Shown: positions 1-12,330, numbered from the whole stretch's first letter. The stretch is 60,389 nt of DNA, filler included, from Bipalium vagum (GCA_037834085.1; 3 parts of 3 records of this genome joined end to end with filler, not necessarily neighbours in it); one strand, 5' to 3'. Notes: generated from the sequence alone by a model not told the origin. Translations and numbers: made by a program.

Positions 1-256
1 ATAATTAAAATTAACGGTTACAAATTAAATTACGAATAAAAAAAGTTTAAAAACAATTTAAAAATAAAATTATTAGACATACAAATATGTCAAACTTTTT
101 AACCAATTTTAATTAAACATCTATGTAAAATGTGTCTTTGGTAGAGATGTTTTTCGTACATCTTTCATACTACGAAGTAATGCTTAACTACCCAATAAGT
201 TAAAAATTATAATTTAGCCTAAGGATATATAAAAATATATTTTCAAATATCATTGT

Positions 257-460
257 ACAGGGTGTTTGCAATAAATCTGGAATATTTCCAAAGTAATATT
301 ATATAAATATTTTTATAAAATCCATATGACTTTTACTTGTTTAAGTAAGCTAATATATCAATAATATCAATAGATCAAAAATAAAATTTAATGTTTTAGA
401 TATGTCTTCGGACTACGACAGAAGAGCAGCAATGCTCAAATTGCTTCGAACAGAAAAAAA
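257..460 (+). mobile_element. 5' end remnant of a Tc1/mariner-superfamily (maT-like) element
   Basis: TACAGGGTG terminus at ~257, followed by MSSDYDRRAAMLKLLRTEKK at ~402, which resembles transposase HTH N-termini. Confidence 0.4.
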
Positions 461-628
461 ACATTATTTTTAGCATATTTTAAAATAATGAAAGATGAAT
501 TTTTAGGGTAATATTACTCTAAATTGTAAATGTATCAATATAAAAGAAGTTGTTACTATATACAATGTGGAGAATTTCCTTTATTTTCATCGAACAAAGA
601 TGGATTGTTTATATTGTTATATTTTATT

Positions 629-630
<2 letters not shown>

Positions 631-661
<31 letters not shown>

Positions 662-673
662 TATTATTATTAT
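631..673. repeat. (AAT)n followed by (TAT)n microsatellite
   Basis: Visible trinucleotide tracts in opposite orientation. Confidence 0.9.
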
Positions 674-721
674 TTATTTCCCTTATCTCTGATTAAAATC
701 ATGTTAATTAATAGGACATAC

Positions 722-894
722 TTTCCCGTCCGACAGAGCCCCGTTTGAATTTCATCGGCAATAAACAGGACATTGTATTTTTTACATAAATCTTGCACTC
801 CCTTTAGGTATCCTGGAGATGGTACTATTACTCCTGCCTCCCCTTGAATGGGTTCTGTCATAAAAGCACATACATGAGGATCTTTAAGTTTATC
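722..894 (-). CDS. OAT: OAT-like exon 4 (gene continues beyond window start; catalytic Lys exon not in window)
   Basis: AG at 896-895, GT at 721-720; 173 nt, phase 0-2. Translates [30 protein letters not shown]...[15 protein letters not shown], the class III PLP-binding motif. Confidence 0.95.
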
Positions 895-1039
895 CTACAA
901 CGAATTGAAAAATTGAAAAATCTTTGTTGATATAATAATTTTATCTTTAACTTTTTATTTAAAATGATGATTAGAAAGTGAATAATTCCATGATATGTAT
1001 AAAAAAAAGAAAAGAAAAAGAAGAAGAATTATATCATAC

Positions 1040-1263
1040 TTCTAAGGAAGTTAAATCATCGTACGGAACGAGTTCAAATCCTGGTAGAAATGGACCAAAA
1101 CCATCTTGCAAAAGCTTATTTGTTGAGCTAGAAATGGCGGCCAGGGTCACTCCCCAGTAGTTGTTATATGGAAATACTATTTTTGCTTTATATTCAGGAA
1201 TCTTCTTGTTTCGATATCCCCATTTGCGAGCCAGTTTGCAGGCTGTTTCGCATCCTTCAACAC
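1040..1263 (-). CDS. OAT: OAT-like exon 3
   Basis: AG at 1265-1264, GT at 1039-1038; 224 nt, phase 1-0. Translates [75 protein letters not shown]. Confidence 0.95.
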
Positions 1264-3564
1264 CTATGATATAAATAATATTCTGACAAATTGAATAATT
1301 AATCTAAATTAACCAATTATTAATTTTTTATATCAAAACCGATGTTTATATTATATATATTATCAGTTTTATTACTAATACGTTATTTTTATAAATAGTA
1401 TTATAAAGAAAATATAAAATAATTATTACTTTTCACTGGGGATAATTTTATTTATCACGTGTGTTACATTTTCAAAAATGTGCGAAGAATTTTAATTATT
1501 TTATTTCTTAGTATTAAAGGAAATTAACAAATTTACCAAGAGAAAAGGGCAATAAATCTTAAAATGTCCTGCCAACACAATTAATGTTCCAACATGTAAA
1601 TATCAGTGCTATCCTGTGTCGAAAAAGCAATAATTTATGGTTACACCGTTAACTTTCTCCACCGTTTTACCACAAGATTGTTGATAATTAAAGTAAGGGT
1701 GCCGAAACAAAGGCGTGATCTCGTCAGTGTTATCTGATCTGAAAATGTTGCTCTAGCTTAAGAAGAATCGTGGTATTTGAAAACAATTTTATTTATTTTT
1801 CGGATGAGTTTTTTTGCTAAACATTCTAAAAATAGTCAAATTTTTGTTATTTTCCAATCCACAGTGCACCGAATTCTTCGTATGGAATTTAACTTATTAT
1901 TTTTTTAATTTAAAATTATTATTTTTAATTATATGTATAAGTTCAAAGTTATGATATTCGCAATAAGGGGAATCTGTTTATTAATATTAATTGAAAATAT
2001 TACACAATTTTATCAATTATATTATATATTTTTTGAATTTGGAACAAATAAATTTATTTTATTTACGTTAAATTCAATTGTTTTTTAAAAATTCAATAAT
2101 ATTTTAAATAAATTTTCTTTTTATGCTGCAATCAGATCTCTTTGATCTCATTTATTTTCACTCAATAATCTGATCCTGTCCAAGATCATTTCTACCTTCG
2201 AGTGATTTTGATCTCTTTTAAGTCGTTTTTCGTACTTTGTTCAATTACGTATATTTTTGCCTTTAAGATATTACTTTTAAATAAGGAAGATAAAATTATT
2301 TTTTTCAGAAATTTATAATCAAAAATAACAATGAAAATAACAAACAACTTTACAACAGTAAAACAAAAAATTATTTGTTAAAGTTATTTTGGACATATGT
2401 TTTCATATATGCAAGATATATTGAAAATATTATTATAACAATGTAATATATAAAATATAATAATAAATAATTAAATTTAGTTTTCGGGGTCGTTGAATTT
2501 AAAGTTCATAAAATTGAAATTGAACTTAACAAAGTTGAAATTTAATGTAAAACCTTGTATATTTCTAGTATAGAAATCACGTGACATCTCCTTTTGCTAA
2601 CCAATAATTATTAATTATTATATTTCTAATATATCAATGCCCAATGGAACCCCTTAATTGTATTATTATTGTTATTATCTTTTATCACATAATATTGTAA
2701 TATATTATAAAGATTATTTCTAATAATACATTATTTAGAAGTCAGATGTATTTTTTTCATTCTTTAGCTAATTTCGCAGCATTTGTGTCTGTTCAGTAAG
2801 AAGACTGAATTCACATAATCGGATTTGCTGTGGCTGTTCATTTTTACTGACGGTAATTATCATTCTTTGCTTAATTCTAAAAACTTATAGAGTAACTCTT
2901 TTAAGCTTTTAATTTTTATAAAAGAAAATAATAATAAACAATTTTAATCAGTATCATTTCCAATGAATCTATTAAGAGTTTTGGTTTCTCATTTGAAATA
3001 AAAAGAATAATATATATTTATAAATTTTATAAATACATGAATTTTTTTTCATAATATATTTTGTTTTTTATCTTTATTTTTATTGTTTTATCTTTTTATT
3101 AATGACACATTTTTATTTATATATCATTTGTCTATTAATTAATATTTAAAAATGAAAGAGATATAAAATTTTTTATTAATATTAATATTAATACTATTAT
3201 TACTTTTATTATTACTATTATTATTAACTTTTATTTTTATTATTATTAATATTTTGATTATAATTATTATAATTAATTTTATTATTATTAATAGTATTTG
3301 AAATAAACTTCTGTCTCAGTTTATATCACTTAAATAATTTCTGGTAGTTTTAAAATATAATCAATGGCTTTTAAATGGTCGATTAATGATGGGAAACTGA
3401 GACAAATTAATTTTGGGAAATATCAAGATTTTCATTGTCGCAAATTTCCATAAATAAATCAAAATATAAATAAATTTTCCTACAAAACAATTAAAACAAT
3501 GAGCTTTCTTGGAATATTTTTAGAAGACTTATAAATTGTGAGTGTAGGTGTTCAAAAAGGTTAT

Positions 3565-4000
3565 CTATTATTATTATTAATAATAATAAGCTCTCATTTG
3601 CAACTATTCCTGGCCTTCTGTATATCATCAAGTCTCCTGATTGTCAATATCTATTATCTATTTAGATTTTTCTCGATTTAACAAAAACCAAAAATATCCA
3701 ATTTTCCATCACCATCAGCGCCTGTTTGTGTCCATCTTCATTTGTTTTATTGAATGAGCTCAGATGACCTTGAGAATAAAAATAATTTACTATTTACCGA
3801 TTATCCTGTTAATATGGATACGGATTCTTAATAAATATTTTTATTGGGTTTTTGTTTCAATTCATTTCCAAAATTTAGTTTTAGGACTTGTTGAGGTATT
3901 TTTCTCCTGAAAAATCTATACTTTTCGCAAAAACAATAATTAATTAAATAACACTGATTTCGTTAATACGAAACCGTCAATAAAATGTAAAATCTCATGA
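3565..4000 (-). mobile_element. Degenerate non-LTR (RTE-like) retrotransposon 3' end
   Basis: Fragments such as RFFRRKIPQQVLK and KMDTNR, ending in a (TAA)n tail; weak motif match only. Confidence 0.3.
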
Positions 4001-5059
4001 ATTCTATGGACCTGAGAAAATTTGATTGCTAAAGAAATTAATATATTATTAATTAGTTTTAATTAATTATGTCAATCCTTATATTTTGTATTTTGCGTAC
4101 TGAATATTTATTAAATAAACAACTTTGAACACAGGTTTTATTTATTTCATAATAAAATATAAATTGGTCAATTAATGTTAATTAATATTTATTATTTTTG
4201 ACGATAAATCCCTTGCAGCATGTTTACTATTTTTCTGCATTTTAATTAAATGTAAAAAAGTTACATGCAATGAACATGCTAATAACTTATATAATAACTT
4301 ATTTAATAATTAAATAGTAATATAATAAATAATAAATCTTTTAAATAAATTTGTAAAAGAAAAAACAGAATTATTAATTATTGAATAAATAATAGACTTA
4401 GTTTTTAAAGAGTTTGTTAAAACAAATTAATATTTTATTTTTGAATTTTTCCAGATATAATATTACTTCGAATTTATTTATTCACTATTTTTTACAATAA
4501 ATATAATTTTATTAATTTAAAATTGGCAATTTTGATATTAAAAATTATTATTAATATATAATGTTATGTTATAAAAAATATTATTTCTATTTTTAATTAT
4601 TTATATTAAATCAAATATAATCACCATGACCTTTTTTAAAACTACTTAGTGAAGTAAGTGTTTTGGATAATAAATTATTTTCATCTTGGTAGGGCGTGTA
4701 TTTAATTATTTTATTTATATATCATAACATAAGCTTAGTGTGAGAGTCATTTTTGACATTGGTGGTATTCTTTTAGTATATTATGTATTAGTTAATATTA
4801 TTATTGTCATATGGGTCTAGAGAATGAATCTATTATTTCAGTGAGATCTCTGCAATAATATCTATAGTGCATATACGTGACCAAAAACCTAAATTCATCA
4901 TATAAAATTTAGTCTCATTTATTTCATAAACAAGCCACATTTTTTTATTAATATACATTAACATATCTCATTATTTATTTGTATATATTTCAATTTTATT
5001 TATTTATATTTTAAAGTAAATCTTTGTTAAGATAAATAATTAAAATGTATTTTAATAAT

Positions 5060-5800
5060 GATTGGTCAATAATCGTGTTAATTATTTATTGGATTCTTTA
5101 TAAAATAATAAATAATAATTCTTTGAAACCCATTATCAAAAATTGGACAAAAATAATTAAAATTAATAAAAGAAACCAGAATTTAATGTTGAACAAAATT
5201 TAGTATAAAGAAATCAAAAGACCTTTACATGTAAGCTTATAACAAAAAATTGTCCCTGAAAAATATTATATTAGATTTCAAAGGACCACAGTTTTGTTTA
5301 AGTGTGAACGTTGGAAAACAATCACGGTAAAGAACAAAACTAAAACTTATCCATGAATGATTGGAGACCTCCATGGAACCGTTCATTTATTTTGGTAGAG
5401 TTCTTTCTACTACGAAAAAGTATAAAATAATGGTGTTTGACAGATTGCAGTGAAAGTATATAATTATTGAACTATAGAAGAACACCCAGACTTTGATAAG
5501 ATTTATTAATGATTTATGCATATTTAATTACTATATTAACATAAACCTTTAGAAAATTTAATGATCAAAAAGTTAATAATCTTTCACTTAATCTCCTAAA
5601 ATGAATAAAACTGAATACGCAAAGTAAAAGTATAACTTTATAAATTCTAGAAAACCCTAAAAAGATCAGATCGTAAAATAAAATTGGTTTATTTCGGAAG
5701 ATATATTCTTTTATCGTATCTTTACAAAGAGAATCTTTGTAATTAATATTTTCATCATTAACTCAAACCTCGAATAAAGGTAAATTTGAAAGTTCTTTTA
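5060..5800 (+). pseudogene. Degenerate reverse transcriptase, probably Penelope-like
   Basis: IRFINDLCIFN at ~5497-5529 resembles RYIDDL; a G(x)SMGT-like motif lies upstream at ~5363-5380; many stops. Confidence 0.35.
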
Positions 5801-7249
5801 AGATAACTTTTCATGACCTTACATATGACACACATTTTGATAGGGCGATCAGAGTCACATTCATCAAAGTGTTTAACAATTTTGTGCCTTATCTGTAGAC
5901 AGGAGGTCTCTTGGCTACATTAATGTGTCGTTTAAAGACCTTTTTGTAAACCTCTTTAATAATTTAAATCTATCTTAATCGTCTTTATGATTGGATATGG
6001 ATGATATTATTTGTTCTATTGTAAAGGTTTCTTCGACATATTGCCATCGACATAACAATCATTATTATTAGTATTATCATACTAAAGATAATAATGAAAA
6101 TAATAATGTTAACCAGCATAAAACAAATGTCACAAAGTCAGATAGTAGAAGTATTAAAATGATAGATAATTAATCTGAAAGTTATTTAAAAATTATTCTA
6201 AAAATAAGAAAATAATTAAAAAAAAGTATTGTAAATAATAAGGCCATCATTAAAAACTCATTAAAATTATAATTATATAAAGACAGACTCAAACTGGATA
6301 CATTCTTCAAGTTGATCTGTCTAGAATCAAAAGTTTTAACCATATCACCTATGATCGATTTAATGATAACAATAATCTCTTGAGAACAAAAGGGTATCGT
6401 TTTACAAATGAATTTCAAGATTATACACTTATAGAACTTGTTGTATTTTGGGAAATATAAAAATATTTAATATGGTAAATATGGTAATGGTGAAGTTAAG
6501 CCACCATCTCCCATGAAAATCATAATTGTCGATTAAAAGATTCAACCGGTACGAAAAAGTAAATCTCTTCAATTAAGGTTTTTTATAGTAAAATTCGATA
6601 TTAAAAAGACAATATCAGACCTTGATTACATTTCACTAATGAAATAAGACATCATTATTAAATTGCATTAAGAAAGATAACCCCTTTAACTGAATATATT
6701 CTTTGAAATGCCCTTCTCTAAAAAAGATAAAATATCAAATTTTTATTATTTCTTTTTTAAAAGGGAATAGTCTAGCAGATATTTATTTCAATTTCTAACA
6801 AAAAAACAGCAAAAAAATTTAAGAATTTTTCCCTTAAATTTGGAATGTTTTGGAATGTCTCCCATCAAGACGATACCCAAAAATTATTATCCATGTTGAA
6901 GTACATTATGATTGTAATACATAGAAAAAAATATAATTTTGTTTTAATCAATTAAGAATGTAACGAAAATGTTCTGATATCGATTTTTTATTTACCAAAT
7001 CATGGATTGGCAATTTCTTAAATTTTACAAAGTTTTGAACTACTATCAATAATATTGCGACAGAAATTATTAAAAAAAATAATGTTAAATTTAATTGGTT
7101 TCGTAAAAAGAATTTTGATATTTTCAATATCAATACCAATGTAGATCAATATAATAATATTATTTTTCTATTTGTAAATATTTTCAACATAATTTTTCAC
7201 ATTTTAATTGATGTAAATACGAAATCAGAAATTAATGAATAACATAAAT

Positions 7250-7760
7250 AATAATTTATAAAAAATTTAATTTGTTTTCAACAAATAAATAATAAATTAT
7301 AATTATAATAATTTATAAAGAATTAAAATAAATTTTCAATAAAAAAAATAATAATGATCATAATCTGAATAATAAAAATAAAAAATAATAAATAATAAAT
7401 AATTACTAATGACAATAATATTAAATAGTAAAATAATAAGTTATAATAAATTAAATTTTTTTGAAAAAATAAAAAAATCAATAATGAATAATAATTTATT
7501 TTAAAAAATAATAAATTTAATCTTAATTTTAATTTATAATAAATTAAATTGTTTTTCACCAAATAAAAAATGAATAATATTAATAATAATTTTAATAAAA
7601 AAATAATGTATCAAAATTATTATAATAATTTAAAATAAATTTAATTTTTTTTAAAAATAAATAATAATGATAATAATTTTAATAATAAATTAATGATTTA
7701 TAGTACTTTTTTTCAACCTATAAATAATAATTTATAATAAATTAAATTTGTTTTCAACAT
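7250..7760. repeat. Degenerate AT-rich tandem repeat
   Basis: Unit AATTTATAATAAATTAAATTTGTTTTCAAC recurs with variation at ~7253, ~7438, ~7531 and ~7729. Confidence 0.55.
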
Positions 7761-8151
7761 ATTTATTTATATCAAAAGTCCTCTTAATAATAACTTAAAA
7801 AAATTTCTTCCATTATATTAAATATTATTTTTTCATCTGATAAAGACGTGAATGAGAGTTACTGGCAGTCATTATTTCTTTTTTTCATTATTTTCACCAG
7901 GAAGAAAACCTTTTTATTTATTCAATTAAATTTCCGTAAGTATGATGTTGTTTTATTATTTTGACTACGACAAAAGTTCAACAAATTATGCCAAATTCAA
8001 GGTCTCTAAAGAAAATATCAGATTTTAATGGAATTTAAAATAAATGTTACACAAATTATAAAACGACATTGATGTTGTTTATGGTGAATGAAACGATTAA
8101 AACTATGAATTTCTTTATCAATTTACACTTTTGTACCGGGGAGAACATTAC

Positions 8152-8376
8152 CTGTATTCATAGGTAAAACCCTGTCATATCCAAAGATTTTAGTTATAAA
8201 CTCTTCATATTCACCCAAGACGGAATTGAAAAATGCTCTTGATGTCAGCGTTAATTTGTGGGCCTGCTCTGAAAGAGCCTTCACGATTTCAGGATGGCAA
8301 TGACCTTGACTGATGGAGCTAAATGCGCTGAGGAAATCAAAATACATATTGCCTTCGACATCCCAGACATAAATAC
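8152..8376 (-). CDS. OAT: OAT-like exon 2
   Basis: AG acceptor at 8378-8377, GT donor at 8151-8150; 225 nt, phase 1-1. Translates [28 protein letters not shown]...[34 protein letters not shown]. Confidence 0.95.
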
Positions 8377-8633
8377 CTATAAACATTTTATATTTTAATA
8401 AATAAAATAAATATTCTGGATAAAAAAACAACTGCACAATTCCTATTTCTTTTTAATTTAAAAAGATAATATGTTTCAATTAAAATCTGAAAAAATAAAA
8501 TTTGTTGGAAACAGTTTCTAGTGATATTAATATTTTATAAAAATCATTCTAACAAATAAAATTGTGTCAAGAAAAAAATTCTTAATATTTTTTTATTTCC
8601 CTTTATTTCCGTTATTGATATTAGAAAAAATAC

Positions 8634-8811
8634 CTTGTCCTCTGTCAATTACTACAGGTATGGGTTTGTCACTGTGAGCCCCAAATTTGGCTTGTTTTTG
8701 ATATATAGTTTCTGACTTATTTGATTGAACCCGTATACCGTTTTTCCAGGACGAATTGACAGAAAAATTTCTTAAATTCAGAAAAAATACCAAACTTTTA
8801 CGGATCTGCAT
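8634..8811 (-). CDS. OAT: OAT-like class III aminotransferase, coding exon 1 (mitochondrial presequence + GAHSDKPIPVVIDRGQG)
   Basis: ATG at 8811; 178 nt; GT donor at 8633-8632 (phase 1). Aligns to human OAT GAHNYHPLPVALERGKG. Confidence 0.9.
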
Positions 8812-9099
8812 TTCAAAAATAAATAAATAAATTTGTGATATCGTTTGTTTTATTCTACAAAAATTGTCAAATTGATTTTTATTGGTAATAAATTTGCAGT
8901 GATTGAATTGATAAAAAATAATTCCGTGTATGCATCCAATTACTTTGATAATTTATAAATCATTATAATATACCATTATAATATTTTTATAATAATAAAT
9001 TTATTCATTATATAATAATATTAATCGTCATATAAATGAAAATTGGTCATAGGAATGTATTTTGTAAACAGAATTTATTTTTTTAATAAATAAATTGTT

Positions 9100-9700
9100 T
9101 TAATTGAAAGACCAACTTGGAAAGATCTCTTCAATTGACAAAATTGAAAAATTCCAGTTGATGTCTTGAATGACCTAAGGAAACATAAAATAGGAATTTT
9201 TTTCTGTTGAATGTCTTTAAATTTACTTGAAGTATACAAAAAACCAAAATATAATAATACATTTTTTATTTTTTTAAGAAGCATTCACAAATCATCGAAA
9301 TAAAAGACTAAGTTCTCATTCCGCGATATCTAATCTATATAAACAACCAACGGAACATTGTCTGGGTGGTGGTATTATTTGGGAAAACTTATTAAAACTG
9401 TTTCAAAAGGTTCTAATGTTCCTTTTCTCTATTAAATAAATAAAAATGGTAATCATTAAACTCACATTTTCTACCAATGGACATACGAAACATATTTATT
9501 GATAAATTTCCACGTTTTTCTGGGAGTGCTATAATATTTTCCTTTTTTTAAATAAATCTCTAAAATAATGTTTTCATGTCTTTGTCCGACAAATTTTCCC
9601 ATTAAAATTTTTTTTAAGTTCTTTTCATTATTATTTTTCATATGCATTTCTAAGGAAGTTAATCTTATTTGTTTTTCAGTAGATTTTTATGTTTTACCAT
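9100..9700 (-). mobile_element. Degenerate LINE (EN-RT linker region)
   Basis: KHYFRDLF...TPRKTWKFINKY pattern, typical of the region preceding RT in CR1/L2/Jockey-type LINEs. Confidence 0.35.
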
Positions 9701-10195
9701 ATACCGTGTAATGTGTTAATTTACACTGTAAACCCTGTAAGAGGTCGATTTTAATGTATTTTATTATCATTTTTAAGAATAATATTAAATTTTATTAAAA
9801 TATGAATTAAAACTTTATTTATAATAGTTTTTTATTCGAGGTTTTTGTATATAACATCTTAATCATATTGCTGAAGATGACATTACTTTTCGACGTTAGT
9901 TTCTACCAGGAAATTATGCAACAATTATAACCTAATAATTTATTCATATCCAATAAAAATAAGCGAGTCTAAAATGTGTTTATACTTAGTTTTACACACC
10001 TAAAATGATTACACAGACAATAGAATAGGTTAATATACTTATTCATTCCATGGGAAAGTTAATTTGTAAAAATATTTAAAAAGCCAAGAGAATTCATAGT
10101 TTTAAATATACAGGATGTATAAGTATCCGATTTTAAAATGTAATACTATAAGGTATATCCAACATAAGACTGCTTATCTTTGACACAGTAATACT

Positions 10196-10650
10196 TACAA
10201 GGTGTATTTAAAGAAACCCGACGATTTTACTTTGCTATTTAATACTTTTATCAATATATGTTTTATAATACTTTCTACAGTGAATACTAGAGAGGTTGTC
10301 ATTTATTATTTAGATAGAATGACATACATCACTCAGTAAAATACAAATACAAGGAAGCGCATTAATAAAATAACAATTACAAAGTTAAAACAATTTATAT
10401 TTTTACAAAATTTTCAAGATGATGTCCTTTCTGTTGAATGCACGCATGCAGTCGAGTCTCAAGGTTCTGAAGAATATTCTCAAACATATCAGAAAAAGTG
10501 CAAGCTAATTTATTGACGATTTTTTCACATAATAAGGGGATGGTTAGAGGTGGTGATTTAAACACTTTTCCTTTAAGAAACCCCAAAGGAAAAAATCCAG
10601 GCGAGTTAAGTCAGGTGATCTTGGAGGTCAATGAATTTCTCTGTCATTTG
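10196..10650 (-). mobile_element. 3' end of a rosa/Tc3-like transposon with TIR
   Basis: *PPRSPDLTRLDFFLWGFLK (frameshift) ...RLHACIQQKGHHLEN; TA-CAAGGTG terminus at 10196. Confidence 0.75.
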
Positions 10651-11639
10651 TCAAAATTTAAAATATCTAACTTAAATTTTAACACAGATTTCTTATATAT
10701 AAACAAATATTTTAGAAATGAAATGGCAGATATAGACGAATACAAAATTCATCATATAAAAAACTTAACATCCTAATAAAATAATATTGTATAAAAACAC
10801 GCTGTATTTATTAAAATTTATGATTTTTCCAAAGAATGAAAAATTAACCTTAATACACTTATGTAAGCGATTATAGAAATCTTTCATAAATTTTGACACA
10901 TTTCTGGTGATTTTCTGGCTGCTAAGCTTAAAATAAAATATAAAAAATGTACAGGGTTTCAGTTTAAGTAGCTTTACAACTTTACAAGTGTTATAAATCT
11001 TTTGAATATTTAGTTTTGTTTGGCTGAAATATTGCCTCGTGTATCTTGAAATGTAATAATACATTGATACATAATAATCCTCCGTTTGCTCAAAAATATT
11101 GTCTACCATTGATTATTATTTATGATTTTCGTCTATTGTCAGGGTATAATTGCATTTCAAAAATCATATGCACATTTGCCATATTATCTTTAACACTTGC
11201 TGAAATAAAAGATTTAGTATTGGAAAGGCAGGTCAAAGCCGTTTGATTGAATTAAAATTTTAAATCATTCATAACAATTCAAAGAATTAGGAAACGTTAA
11301 ATGAATAATTATCAATCAAGTAGATCAACTATCAATGCAATATTTAATACATTCCTCAAATATGGGTGTGTCATGAGTACACTAAAATTAAACGTTAACC
11401 AAAAAAGAGTGCAAATTTTTCAAATGAAAAAAATCAACTCTTGTAAAAAAACCAAATATATCACCTAGATGAAGTTCAGTGAATTTATTGCTTTACATGA
11501 AACATTCCGTAAAGCGATGTGACTTGCATCACAAAACCTTACATCCTAAGGTTGGTTCAGTAGTTGACAGAAGATGTGTTTGACAGACGAGTGAAATTTT
11601 ATTTTTAATAAAATGATATTGCATTAAAAAAGCTTCCCA

Positions 11640-12330
11640 TAAGTCATTTTTATCTGTCCTTCGTCATAAATTTAAATCCGTTTATAAATTTTTGGATCCC
11701 GTTTTTGGTTTGATGCGATATTAACTGTATTCCAGTTTCCCTAGATTATATTTATAAACACTCTTGCTATCTTACTTTTGGAAGTTTTGAATGGTTAACG
11801 GTGCCATGCTGGGTTCCAAAATGTTGTATATTTTTTATCCCTTAAACATGTCCGTATATATTATAGATCCATATTTAACTTCAATTATCTAAGTTACAGG
11901 AATTACTAAACGGTCATTTAGTTAAACAAAAAATATTTTCTTTTTACTGGAGTGGTCAACCTCTCCAACTATTTATACACCTTTAACAGGGTGGCCTTTG
12001 TGATATATCTGCTTGTTCATTTTGGTTTCATCAAGTTTTATGATGATTCCTTCTCCACAAATCGAACAATCTCTAATTGTTTCCCGTAAATTGTCTAGGT
12101 ATGACCACATTGCAGGATTTTATAAACTCTTTGCAGTTATTGAGGTTGTTAGAAACATTTAAAACCCATAAATGTCCGGCTTACATGGCTTTACAAAATT
12201 TTATTATAATGGTTTCTTCAAAGAATGTCTTTTGGAATTTCTTTGGAATTTTCTTCATTAAAAACACTTCTAATATTTCATGCGTTTCCGAAATCATGTA
12301 CGTTATTAATTAATTTTGATCTTAAACAAA
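11640..12330 (-). pseudogene. Merlin (IS1595-like) transposase pseudogene
   Basis: ICGEGIIIKLDETKMNKQIYHKGHPVKGV*IVG, GSIIYTDMFKG* and QHGTVNHS match Merlin motifs GGxGxxVEIDESK, GSxIxSDxWKxY and HxTVNHS. Confidence 0.8.

Noticed and set aside
530-748. ORF with poly-N/poly-Y, and other I/L/F/K/N-rich ORFs (7323-7562, 23714-24046, 51738-51941)
   Set aside because: Products of AT-rich low complexity or microsatellites; no splice or homology support.
978-1160. Plus-strand 60-aa ORF
   Set aside because: Antisense shadow of OAT exon 3.
1700-1740. GCCGAAAC plus CTGACGA as a hammerhead
   Set aside because: The two core halves are on opposite strands.
1858-1867. CACAGTG heptamer as an RSS/Transib terminus
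   Set aside because: No partner TIR, nonamer or transposase identified.
5800-6560. piggyBac-like remnant on the minus strand
   Set aside because: Only vague motif resemblance; no TTAA-CCC termini verified.
672-8610. Shared TTTATTTCCCTT motif near the donors of OAT introns 1 and 4
   Set aside because: A 12-mer match in very AT-rich DNA is plausibly chance.
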